This document shows positions 38,242-50,209 of a DNA stretch of 58,519 nucleotides, piece by piece (position 1 is the first letter of the stretch; each line of letters opens with the position of its first letter). The stretch is from Chromera velia (taxonomy: Eukaryota), in contig JAHBMJ010000076.1 in assembly GCA_018398765.1 (NCBI GenBank), positions 1 to 58,519 on the forward strand. Reading direction: 5' to 3'. Position numbers and translations under genes: made by a program. Under the pieces are notes generated by a model. That model did not search any database. It was not told the origin of the DNA and worked only from the letters and a program-made list of their open reading frames with translations.

Positions 38242-39409
38242 GTGTGTGTGTGTGTGTGCCACCCTACTCGCCTCACTAACTCGCTCCCTGTCGACGCAAC
38301 CGACGAAGCGAGAGGGAGAGAAAGAAAGAGAGCGAGAGAGAAGAGGGGGGGGATGGGAGGGAGAGGGAGGGAGAGAGACAGAGAGAGACTGACAAAGCCG
38401 ATTGTGATGAGAACGACACGATGGCTCAACCACTCCGGACACGCGGGAAAGAGAAGCAAAAGGCTCCCCCAGAAATCTCCTGCGAGCAGCCGTCACACGG
38501 AAAGAGGTTGACGGGGGGTCATTCATAAATGAGAACGAGACGCGTGAGGGTGGAGCCGCAGCGATTCGCTCAGAAAGCAGAGCTCAGACTCTGTTTCTCG
38601 CCACATTTTTATGATTTTGTCTCGAGCGGACACAGAAGACTGCGTATCAACAAACCAGGCATGCAGCACATACTTGCCCAAAATGCGGGTGAGTGAGGCG
38701 TATACAAAACAAAAGCAAACATGTTTAGCGCGTACAGGCAAACAGAAACCGCATAGACAGGCACCTCCCTCAACACCCGGCCGACCACCCGAGGTACCTA
38801 CCCACCCACCCATCATAATGAAGTACGTGAGGATGGATCCCATGCCGTAGAACGCGATCACGCAGTCTACGATTGGAGTCACGTACGGGTGGGAGACGAA
38901 CCCGATCAGCTGGGCGTAGGTGCGGGCTGAGGTCTTCACAATCCCCATCATCAGAACGTATCTGCAAATGCATAAGGGAGGGAAGGAGACAGTAGATCCA
39001 GCAATCTGCGTCATTGGAGTGACAAAGCCTGTTCTCTGTATGGACACCGAACATGCACCTGCACAGAACACTTGGCTCGCTCCATTTGGTGTGAGATGCC
39101 TGCCGAACTTGCAATGGTGGACAAATGGAAGGTTCTTGGGGAGGGGAAGACATGAAGAGAGAAACGGGACGGGTAGAGGACACAGCAGGCAATGGAGATA
39201 GGAAAGAGCGGGGCGGAAGCAAGTTCGACTGACATGCTGAATGCTGCGAAGATGGAGTCGGCAATCAAAATTCCAGTCCCCAGTCCCCACCCGCACAGTT
39301 TCAGAGCATACGGAAGAGAGAGAATGCCTGTCCCCAGAGCCCCTGCAGTAAGCGAGACTATGGAGGCGCTCACACCTCCTTGCGCGAGTCGAAACATGCG
39401 ACACGGCAT
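31874..39409 (-). CDS. AAAP/SLC38-type amino-acid transporter, about 14-16 exons
   Basis: Exons in order: SIVSLTAGALGTGILSLPYALKLCGW, TYAQLIG...GSILTYFIMM, AITLPLSLPRKL, NLFVFAF, YLPVTVLGYFSF...NLTQNF, IIAIPLN, NLISGLFATTLMMLFP. The final exon 32032-31874 reads VGYAST...KFL*. Confidence 0.88.
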
Positions 39410-40186
39410 TGTCGAACCAGTGCTGCTTTCTGCTGGGTGTGGGTCACGTGTTTGCCTGTCTCGTCAGTTGAGTCCGTGAAAGTGTTCAAAAGCCGGGTTT
39501 TTCCGGTGGTAGACGGCTTCGTACGTTGGCACTTTGTTGACTGGAGTGGTCCGTGTGGAAAGATGGACGTGGGAACCTGTTAAGGTCAACTATATACGTG
39601 CTTGTCCGCGACTCCACGATGCTTTCATGCAGAAGTTTGAATGTGGGTGTCTGACCTCAAAAGTCAGTCGTCGTCCGGTCGACGCGTATCGGTTGAGCCG
39701 CGCACATGCCGCGCATGCACTTTGTATCACTTTTTTTTTTTTTTTTTTAACAGATGCTTCGTTGCAAAATGTTGCAAAAGTGATGTTGCAAAACCCTCAA
39801 TCATCATGTTGCAACAACATGATCCTGTTGCAACAACATGATAAACACTGAACAGAAAAACAGCCCCGCCTCAAATCAGCCATTATCAGCCATATAAGGC
39901 CCATATTCGATCTTCTGTCAATGTACCTCCTCGTCATGGGCAACCGCCAAGAGAAAACGCTCAGATAGTCACGAAAAGCTCAGAGACAGAGCACTCGTCA
40001 AGCTAGTTATTTTTAGTGGTTATTTTCAATTTTATTTTCAATATGCAACTTACAATAATTGATAACACCTAATTTGAATGATTTTAACACTTGTACTAGC
40101 TTGTACTATCGTTTGTACAAGCCTCGCAGTTACTTTCTGCTACTTTCTGCTCTACTTTCATATGAGAATTTAAAACTTATACTTTA

Positions 40187-40391
40187 TTTTTTTTTTATAG
40201 TTTCGAGGGTCAAATCCCCATCACCCCCGTCTAGTTAATAAATTATAATTCCGTTTTTTTTTTTTATAGTTTCGAGGGTCAAATCCCCATCACCCCCGTC
40301 TAGTTAGTAAATTATAATACCGTTTTTTTTTTATACAGTTTCGGGGGTCAAATCCCCATCCCCCCTGTCTAATTAGTAAATTATAATTCCG
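40187..40391 (+). repeat. Three tandem copies of an approximately 68-bp unit
   Basis: (T)n-ATAGTTTCGAGGGTCAAATCCCCATCACCCCCGTCTAGTTA.TAAATTATAAT.CCG x3. Confidence 0.9.
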
Positions 40392-42471
40392 TAACTCTTA
40401 ATTTGAATCTGAGATAGATGTATATACATGCATGTGTCTTTTTTTCTAATATTTTCTAAACTGTTTTTTTAGAAAATCATGTATAGATTTCACTGATCAT
40501 TTCAGTTGCTTTTCAATTAATGTTTGTAAATGTTTCAAATATTGATAAAAAGTTTTTTTCTCTTTTTACTAAAGAACGCGGCCGATCGAACAACGTAAGC
40601 CGAGCATGCGTCTGGAGCCACGCATGCCCAGACGCATGCTCAATTAGTGACAGTCACTCAATACCACATATTTCCGCCAGTTGGAATCAGTTGAACATAC
40701 GTCTTGCGTGTATGAATACGTGAATGCACTCAATTACCAAACAATGAAAACGCTGATTTCATGCCTGCCTGCATGCATACTCAGAGTGAGGCACTTGGCC
40801 GCCGCCATTCTCCAACCTTCTTTCTCACTAGCTTTTTCATCGCTTTCACATACAGCAGCGAAGTGACAGCATCAGAACGGGAAGTCGGCTTCTGGTTGGG
40901 ACAACTTTGTCTTCCCACGCGCGTGAGCTACGAGCTTCAGCTGACGTGTGTCAGACAGAGCAACGCACATGCACTGGGAGCTGAACAAGGGCACCAAACA
41001 GACGGATCCCATCCGGCGACATCCACATGAGAGACAGACACCTCACAGCTGAACACTGGAGCGATCGAGGGGTCGGATGGAAGAAGGATCGCTGGCCACG
41101 CCACTTTGGCGGAGACGAAAACGAGCATGCACACTCCGTCCTGCCTGCGGTGTCGGGGGCGGATCCCGTCTTCTTCATGCATTCAGGCAACGTCTGTCTG
41201 TGATGGAACGTGGGGGGAAGGAACAAAGGAAGGAAAGAGGACGAATGCGAATTGACTGATTGATCCAACATCGAACAGAAGTGCAAGTGCTAAGGTGCAG
41301 ACAGACTGCAGGAAGAAGGGAAAAGATGAGAGTCAACCAGCACTTTTGGTGGCCGTTCTCTCTTTCGCTCCTTCTGCGCAGAAAGAAAGAAAGAAAATGG
41401 GGGCAAAAGGGGGGAGGGTGCATGCGCGTGCAGGAGATAAGAGAGCCGTCAACACCCCTGGGAGGCTCTGCATGACTATCTGCCTGTACACACACCACCC
41501 TTCGCTTGCTGCGACCCCTTTCGTCTCACCTACTACATCCTGCCGGTTTTTCTTTTCTGGTATCTGTTTCTGCTCTTCATTCTCTGCCCTCTTTTTCCTC
41601 TCAGAGAAATCCCTCCCGATATGTTTCTCTTGCTTCTTTTTTCTGGTCCAATTCGTCAGAAGCTTCAACAGTCTGGGGTGGGTGGGAGGGGGCGGGAAGG
41701 GAAGGGACGATTTGATCAAGAAACGAACTAACGGCAGAAAGAAGAAAGGACATTCCGAATCCAGACGCGCGCAGTGAATGACGAGCCTTGTCGGCTTGCT
41801 CCACATGGGACCTTCGCCTTCTTTGCCAACCCTCAATCGACCCACTCCTCTCTCTCTGAATTGCACTTTTTTCTTCTTGCTTTTTTTCGAGAGGACAAAG
41901 AGGTTCGGCAGGCACAAGCATCTCATCTGGCTGCAGTTCAGTGCAGCAGCCATGCATGTCACTAGTGATACGACAGACAAACAAAGATGAAGTCATTCAG
42001 ACACACATGCATTTGCATCTATGTCCGTGGATCCATTCACATTCATTTATTCATTCATTGATTCATTCATCCATTCCTTCATGCAAGGAAGGACTCGCAG
42101 TCAACTCGACCCCCCCCTTGCTGCTATTGAATAGAGGGATGGAAAGAAGAATAGAAAAAGCCGCAAGTCACACGCAAACACACACCAAGAGGCAGACACA
42201 CGTAAAAAGACTCACACACTGAAGCACACCCACACACATGAATGAGACATCGGCAAAGTGAGACAAGACAGAGCAGAGTGCATTCAGTTGAATCAGAACA
42301 GAATCATCACGAATGCCTCCTTCCTTCCCCTCCCTTTCCCTCGAATGCCCCCAGGTTCCATTCATTCATTCCTTTGCCCCCCTTCCAACAAGACCCCCCG
42401 AGTCAGCGCTCAATAAGAGGGGAGAGAGACAGAGAAAGACAGAGACAGAGACAGAGACAGAGACAGACGGG

Positions 42472-42509
<38 letters not shown>

Positions 42510-45500
42510 GGAAACAGACGAAGAGAAGACGAAAGACGAAGTAATTGGACAATGAAAGAGAAGAGAAACTAAGAGAAAGAGAGAGAAGACGAGGATAGTA
42601 CAGAGAGAAAGAGAGCGAGAGAGAGAGAGAGAGAGAAGAGAGACAAAAAGACAAGGAGGGGGCGAGAGAGAGAGAGAGAAAGAGACAAAGACAGGACTAT
42701 GCGGGTCCTCCTTTAAGCGTTCAGGGGGACACACAAGTGAGCAAGAGAAGAGAGAAGAAGGTGCATACAAATATTTGCCCTTTCGCTCTTCATCAAGCAG
42801 CAAACAAGCCATTCATCCATCACCAAAAAAATCATCCCGATCGGGCGAGCACTCAGGGAGGCAGCAGAAAAAGAAGGCAAGCGAAACCGTCAAATGGTCT
42901 CACAGTGACCTGAGTAGAAAGAAACCCCACCCGACCAAATGATTGATTCATTGTAGGACCGATTTGCTCAATAGAGCATCAGACATGAGGAGACAGAAAG
43001 AGTAAAGGAGAGAGATTCACAAAACGTGTCAAGCATCAGCTCTATTTCGGTGGGGGATGCCGTTTCCTTAATTTTCTTCTTGTCTCCAGTCTGCCTGCCT
43101 GTCTTTCTTCCTGTCTTCGCGTCGCTTAGTCTGTCCGTTTGTCTGCCATGCGTGGGTGTACTTTGAATCTCAAAGAGGGGGCGGGAACGGATAATCGGAA
43201 GGCCTTCGGGAAACTTAAACACGCAACCGCCTCCCGTCACACAGTGATAGAAGCCAACCGTCAAGTCATACGAGACGGCGTGAGTGGCTGAGTGTGTGTG
43301 CCTTCTCTTTTTCATCGGCCCATGGGGGGAGCGCATCGATCGACCTCCACACCCGCACTGCAACAGACTCACACCCCAGAGCCTCAGCAAGCAGGCAGGC
43401 GGGCAGGCAGGAAGATCAAATGAAAGACCGACCTCCAGTCCAGATCTTTGAACGACTGTTTTTTCTTAGCCGGGTTTCTCCCTCCCTTCCGTATTCCTTC
43501 TCTCTCTTGACGTACTCTCCTTGAAGGAAGTCTTGATTGACAACCAACCGCTGTCCCCCCTCTTCACTTCCAATGCGCTCGCCCCCCCCGATCTTCCTTC
43601 CTTCCGAGCAGGCAGACAGACATTTGAGGAGAGGAGAGATTTGTTTGTCGGATTCTATCGATCGAGCCTCGATCGAGGTCACGCACACGTCTCGTCTAGC
43701 TCTGCCGCCCGCCAGTTGCATAACCTCTCCTCTCTCTTACTTTCTTTCCTCATAAGAAGAAGCACGACGCGATGGTAAAATTAAAATCTGTACATCTCTC
43801 TGCCACCCACCCAACACAGATTCCTCTCTCACACCAAAAAGCCGTTTGTTTTCTTTTCGCTCTCCTCCTTGCATTGCAGAAGAGCAACCCAAACGATTCA
43901 CACAAACCAAACACTCTTCTCCCTTCTTTTCCGTCTTTCACACCGTATGGAGGCAGGCACATCTCTCTCATCCAGCTGTGTACCTGCTTTTTTTCTTTTT
44001 TCTTTCTCCTCCGGTTAATCTTTTTGGTCCATCTGATTTTTTCTTTTCATCGTATTGTCTCTCTGTGCTAAAGTTTTCGATCCTTTCCTCTTGGCCTTTC
44101 CCAAAACAGAGCCATATTTGTGCGCAGCAATCATCATCAGAAACACTGCACGCAGGCTGCCTCCTTTATTTCTCTTCTCTGTCCCTCTCCACCCCTCTCG
44201 TCCTGCAGAATTTCCAAAAATTTTCCTCTCCTCAGGTGACGCTGAGTGAAGCGTCTATCCCTCTCCTTTCATCCCCCGCCTCTCCTTTGGCTCTCTTTCC
44301 ATGCCGCTCCAGACAGCCGAGGTAGCACATAGCGTCGCAATAAAATGACACTCATGCCCCCCCCCCCCCGTCAAAATTCGGGGAAAGCAAAGGAATGGGG
44401 GGAGTGTAGAAAGGAATGGGGGATTTCCGGAAGGAGGAAAGATCGAAAAAGCGGACAACTCTTTTGAAGAGGGGTTGAACGAACGAAGGTCAGGAAGCAG
44501 CAGAGATTGGAAAAGAAGGGGCACAGAAGGGCCACACGGAGAGAGAGAGAGAACGGAGACGAATTCCATTCAACCGGCAACTCGACCTGTGCCCTTCCCT
44601 CCGACCTTCTCTTCTCTTCGTTTCCTTCAACAGCAAAAACCCACCACCACACCCAAGAAGCAGACCTTCAACCACAAGCCGCAAGTCTTCCATCCAACCT
44701 TTGCGACACAGAAAAAAATAAAGTTTTTGAGGAGCAAGAAGCACTGGGGACAAAGTACAGAAAGAAACGATGGGAACACCCCAGCATCATTTATCTAGGG
44801 ATCCTTTTACAGGGAAAAAACAATCGAAGGCACGCAACAAGCATGGTTTCAAAAATCCAACCAAAAGGAATAACACAAAATCCCTGTGCATGCATTCGTT
44901 CTAAAGAAAGATCAACTTTCAAAAAGGAGGACCCACCTCCATCCCATGTGTGAGTCGGTCACATAGTTTCTCTCTCTTCTTTCTTTTGTGACAAAGATTC
45001 GTTAGTCAACAAACAACCACTTTACTACTCGTTTTGCGTGTCTTCCCGCCATTCTTGTTGCTGACCGCTTTTTCTCGTTTTTTCCCCCAGCTCACTCTTT
45101 CTTTGTTTGGCAGGGTGGGCTCTGAGCTCCTTTTCTTTCCTTCCTGTTACTTTCATATTCATTGAGAGGAGACGTGCTCCTGTGCATCCTGGGCTTCTCC
45201 CTGAGTCCTTTTGGCGGTTTGTTTTGCTTCCTTCCCCTTTTTCCTTTCCATCTTCATTTCAATCCATCCATCGTTCCATCAAGGCTGTTTTGTCTTGCTG
45301 TTCAAAAAAGTCGCATTCAACGTTCAAAATGATTCTTCATTCATTTATGAGGCTGTTCCTCCATCGATCTTTTGGTGGTCGCAGTGATATGAATCGATCA
45401 CAGAGCCAGGCCATGACACAAAAACGAAAATGGCCGGCATTGACGCACGCAGAGCACGGACACCCACCCACCCTAGACAGCTTTTCAGAAGCCCTCCGGT

Positions 45501-45745
45501 CGCAGGATAGTCGAAGAGTGAAGAAAAGAAAGAAAGAAAGAAAGAAAGAGGATATGTAAAACGAAGAATAACAAAAAAACTGTGAGTAGTCGAGTGAGGG
45601 ATACGGAAGGACGCAGCACGCCAATAGAGACCCACGAAGGAAGACAAATCAATTCAACGGAGCCTTCAATCCAGTGGTCTCTCTGACGCACGCGCAACAA
45701 GCATGCATTCATGTGAAGAAGAGGGGAAATCACCACCACCGTTCT

Positions 45746-45780
<35 letters not shown>

Positions 45781-46271
45781 CCGTCCACCCTTCCTTTCTC
45801 CTCCCCCCTGCTCTCAGACGATGCGTGTTTTTTCTCATTGATTCATGTGCAAGAACACGAAAACGCAAAATGCGCCTCTCTGCTCTGCTTTTGGATTCTT
45901 CGTCGTCGCCATTCCTCTCTTCTCCTCTCCTCTCCCCTTCTCTCCTCTCCTCTTTGCAATGTTCCTTTCTTCGGACTTGCTTCTCTGTTTGTGCAAACCG
46001 ACCCCCAAAACGCAAAGCAAAGATGGTTACTTTCACAACCCAAACTCAAACGCTCTTCCTTGATCTCTCCTACCCCCCCCCCCAGTATTTTTTTATCACG
46101 AGCAAAAATCACTCTTTGGATGAGCCTGTGTTCCGGCCCGCCAACCCAGACGAATCAAATCAAATCTGGAGCAGCAAACGCGCATGAAGTAAAGAGCGAA
46201 AGAATGATCAGACAGGAAAGAGTCTGAACAGAGTACCGAAAAGAAGAAAAGAGCAGAGGATCGAAATCACC

Positions 46272-48596
46272 TCAAGTGCCCCCACCTCCACCAGCACCGC
46301 CCCCCCCTGTCCACTGCTGTCCCTGCTGCTGTTGTTGCTGCTGTTGGGCAAGCCCATAGAGGTATTGCACGACCGCCTGCTGCTGCTGCTGCCGCTGCTG
46401 CTGGACTTGTGAGTCTGCCGGCTGGGGCGCTGACTGGGGGTGTGCGTAGGGAGAGGTGGTAGGCCCAATGTCTTGCTGTTGCTGTGTGCGAAAGTGCGAG
46501 GGTTCTGAAGGTTGCTGCTGCGTATAGAGAGAAGACGCATCATGCTGCACGGGCGTGTGCGTATGGGGTTGCTGGGGCTGGTGCTGCGAGGAGTGCGAAC
46601 GAGAATGAGCATAGAGGAATTGCAACTGGGGAACATTGAGAGGAATGGGGAACTGGAGACCTCCCCCGGCGGCAGCGTGAGGGTGCGCTCCTCCAACTGA
46701 TGAAGCTGTAGCACCTGCCGACACAGCCGGATGCTGCTGATGCTGTTGGAGAGGAGAGGCGGAGGGGTGGACCTGCAAAAATGAAAGAAAGAAAGGGTCG
46801 TAGCGGGTTGAAAAACGTGACAATTTCCTTTCTTCTTCAGATGCGTGCTAGAAGGATAGAGAGGCAATGAGGCGATGCGCAAAGCAGTCAAACAAACGTA
46901 CGGAGGCACACATAATACTGGAAGCAAGAGCAGGCACAAACCAAATCAAGACTGCTGAGAGAGTTGGCATGACAGGAGAAAAAGAAGCAGGCAAACAGCC
47001 CTATGCTTTCTGCGCTTTGACAACAGAATGAGACGGCACACTCGATTGGAAAGATGGGACTGCGAGGCAGGACGAGTAGAGAGAAAAGAGGTGAGAGGCC
47101 AACCATGGGCAGGCCCCCAAGAGGAGAGGCCATGGGAAATGATGGGGTCATCGCGGCAGCAGAGACGGCAGCGGCGGCAGCAACAGACGCTGGACCCCCT
47201 CCCCCAGCCAGAGGGGGCACTCCACCTGCAGGCCCCATCTGCTGTCCCTCTCCGTCTCTATCACTCCGCAGCTGCGACGGCTGTGAAGGGAACTGCTGCA
47301 GGTGAGGAGGCTGAATGATCGTGGGAGGGGAACCAGAGCCTGACGGGAGCCGGCCGTGACTGAAGGGTCGGAAGGCCCCCCCAGCTGGCGCGCTCTGTGC
47401 GAACGCTTGAGGATCTGCTGAGTGGGGCTGTTGCTGTTGCTGCTGACCAGGCTGGAGAGACTGAGGGAGACGCTGAGACGACCCTACTTGTTGCTGTCCT
47501 TGCTGATCGAGGACCCCTGCTTGGTGTCCCCCCATTCTCTGAGGCGGCGTCATCGCCATCCCCGCGCCTGCATGGACAGGAAGAGACGCGGTTGGAAAAC
47601 CGGATGCCCCAGGCTGTTGCTGTTGTTGCTGGGGATGAGGTGCCTGGTACATCTGTGCAAGGGGATACTGTTGCTGAGACACCGCGCTGGCAGATGAAGA
47701 GGCCGCCGACGTGCCAGTCATCGGTTTCGCGGGGCTCTGGGGCGTACCGTAAACGTGCGAGTGCGTCTGCGTGAGCGTCTGGGGAGGGGTCCTTGTGGCT
47801 CCTGAGGTGCCGCTGCCCGACTGCTGTCTCTCTGCTATCTGCCCCTCAGTCGCGATGTTCCGGGGGGGCCTGACGCCCCCGGCCCCCCCGGTGCTGGTCC
47901 CCCCCCCTCGTGGCTTTCCGACTTGCTCAAGCAGTCGGGGCGCTTGAGAGGCTTGTGGCGCCTCTTGGGGTTTCCCCCGGCCCCGAAAGGCCGACTGTGC
48001 CCCCCCATGTTGCTGGAGAGGATCCGATCCCTGCCGCATAGATCCCTGACGCCGAGCGAAGCGCTGATCCCCAGCAATAGCGGCTCCCGCAGCTACGCTC
48101 TGAAGAACAAGAAACAAAGCAGCCTGAACAGCCTGTACGGCACCTGCAGATAGATCAAACAAAGACGAAGAGAATAAATGCAAAGAAGTACAGGCAGAAA
48201 GGAAATCACGAACAATCAAACCAAAGGAGGTGTTCTGAAGTGTGAGTGAGAGACTTGAACGAAGAAAGGGAATTCACTGGTCTCCTTTCTCTCCGATCAC
48301 CACACATCGACACTCAATCCCTTGTTCAGAATGCTCCGCCTCAAACACTCGCGCGTTCGAAGCAGACAGAAGACAGACAGACAGACAGACAGACAGAGAG
48401 CCACTGACCGACCTGAAATGGTAACCTTCCGATGAGTAGCTCCAGGATGCATCTCCGTCTGCCGGGTCACCTGGATCCTCGACCCCGAGATCGTCTGCAG
48501 CTCTGAGATTCCCTTCCCCTGCTCTCCCATCAAGGCCCCAACGTATGTGTCTGGTATCTGCACACACACACACATACACACACACATACACACACA

Positions 48597-48636
<40 letters not shown>

Positions 48637-48652
48637 GGCATGCGCACACAGA

Positions 48653-48685
<33 letters not shown>

Positions 48686-50143
48686 GTGCACAAAACACTC
48701 GCGCAAGAGACTCACATCTTCAACATCTGCCCAAAAATGCCTTGTGCCAGAAAGGGACACCAATACAAATTTTTTTGCTCACTCACATCCATACACCGGA
48801 GACAACGAAACGGTCCTTCTAGTCACTGTCATCAGTCAAAGCCTTCACGAGACTTTGGTCTCATGTCTACGGTCTGGATCGGAGCCGACCATCTCATCTC
48901 AACAGTATCACATTCATGCAAATCAACGAACAAATTTCTGCAATCCCCCTCCCTTCGATTCCTGACCTTGGTCTCAATCTCCACGTTTTGAGTCATCACG
49001 TCTTCACCCGCAGGAAGGACGACCGAAGGAGACAGGCCCAGTCGGACCGCATACATCTGAGCAGGAGTCACAGCAAGCCCCTGGGGATCAGGGTGGCCTC
49101 CCGGGAGGAGGTGCTGAAACGGAAGATCAGGCCCCACGAAAGGGCCCTCCATCGCCATGCCCGCACTGAAACCCATTCCGACACCACCAGGGATTAGACC
49201 AGCAGCCCCCCGTTGCTGCGCTTGCTGTTGAGGAAGAAACTGGAAGAACGGACGCCCCCCCTCACCCCGATCACCACGCGACGGGCCCTGTCCGTACCCT
49301 GCCGACCCATAAGCACTCCCGGGCATAGTCGGGAGGGGAAATCCAAAGCCCCCCTGTCCATACATCTCTTGATGCTGGAGAGGCGTCATGCCCCCGCGCC
49401 CCCCCCCCATGCCCAGTCCTGATTTCATCCCGCCAGGAGGGCCTGTAAGGTATTGCACAGTCTGGAGAACCTCCCGTTCCTTTTCCCTCTCTAACGCCGC
49501 AGCAGCTGCAGCCGCCCCTCCTCCTGAGCCGTCTCTCTCTCTGTCTCGGTCTCTTTCTCTGTCTCTATCCCTGGCCTCTTTGATTTTAAGAGTGATTGTT
49601 TTGAGGGCGGACAGAACTTGAGCCGCGGTGCCTGACACAGAAAGGGGGCGCTCCTGCAGACAGGCCAGCCAGAGAAAAAGAAAAGTCGCATGAACACATG
49701 GTGACAATCAAGCAAGTGACTGACGAGGAAAATGGACACTTGAACAGAGGAGAAGGGAGAATGGATGGGAGGGAAAGAGGGACTGACTGGAGATCTCGAC
49801 AAAGCAGATGAAAGGAAAGAAAGTGTGCGGAGCTGCTTGAGAGATGAAAAAACACACTAATCAATCAAATGCGTGCATGAATCCAGAAATGAAAAAGAAT
49901 TTGATCAATCAATCAATCAAGCACCCCCTAAGCAGCTGCTCACCGAGACCATCCACCCAGCGTCCCCCTCCTCCTCCCTCTCTCTCTGCGGTCCCCAACC
50001 GGAGGAGGTCAATCCATCTACCCTCACTCTTGCCCCGCTGCCTTCCTGTATCTGCTTCACAATCGATCCTCCCTTCCCAATCAGCGCACCCACAAGAGTC
50101 TTCAGAACAACAACGCGAAGGGCCAGCTGCAGGAAGGAGGATC

Positions 50144-50209
<66 letters not shown>

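Noticed and set aside
40187..40391. CRISPR-like array
   Set aside because: Eukaryotic context, no unique spacers and no cas genes.
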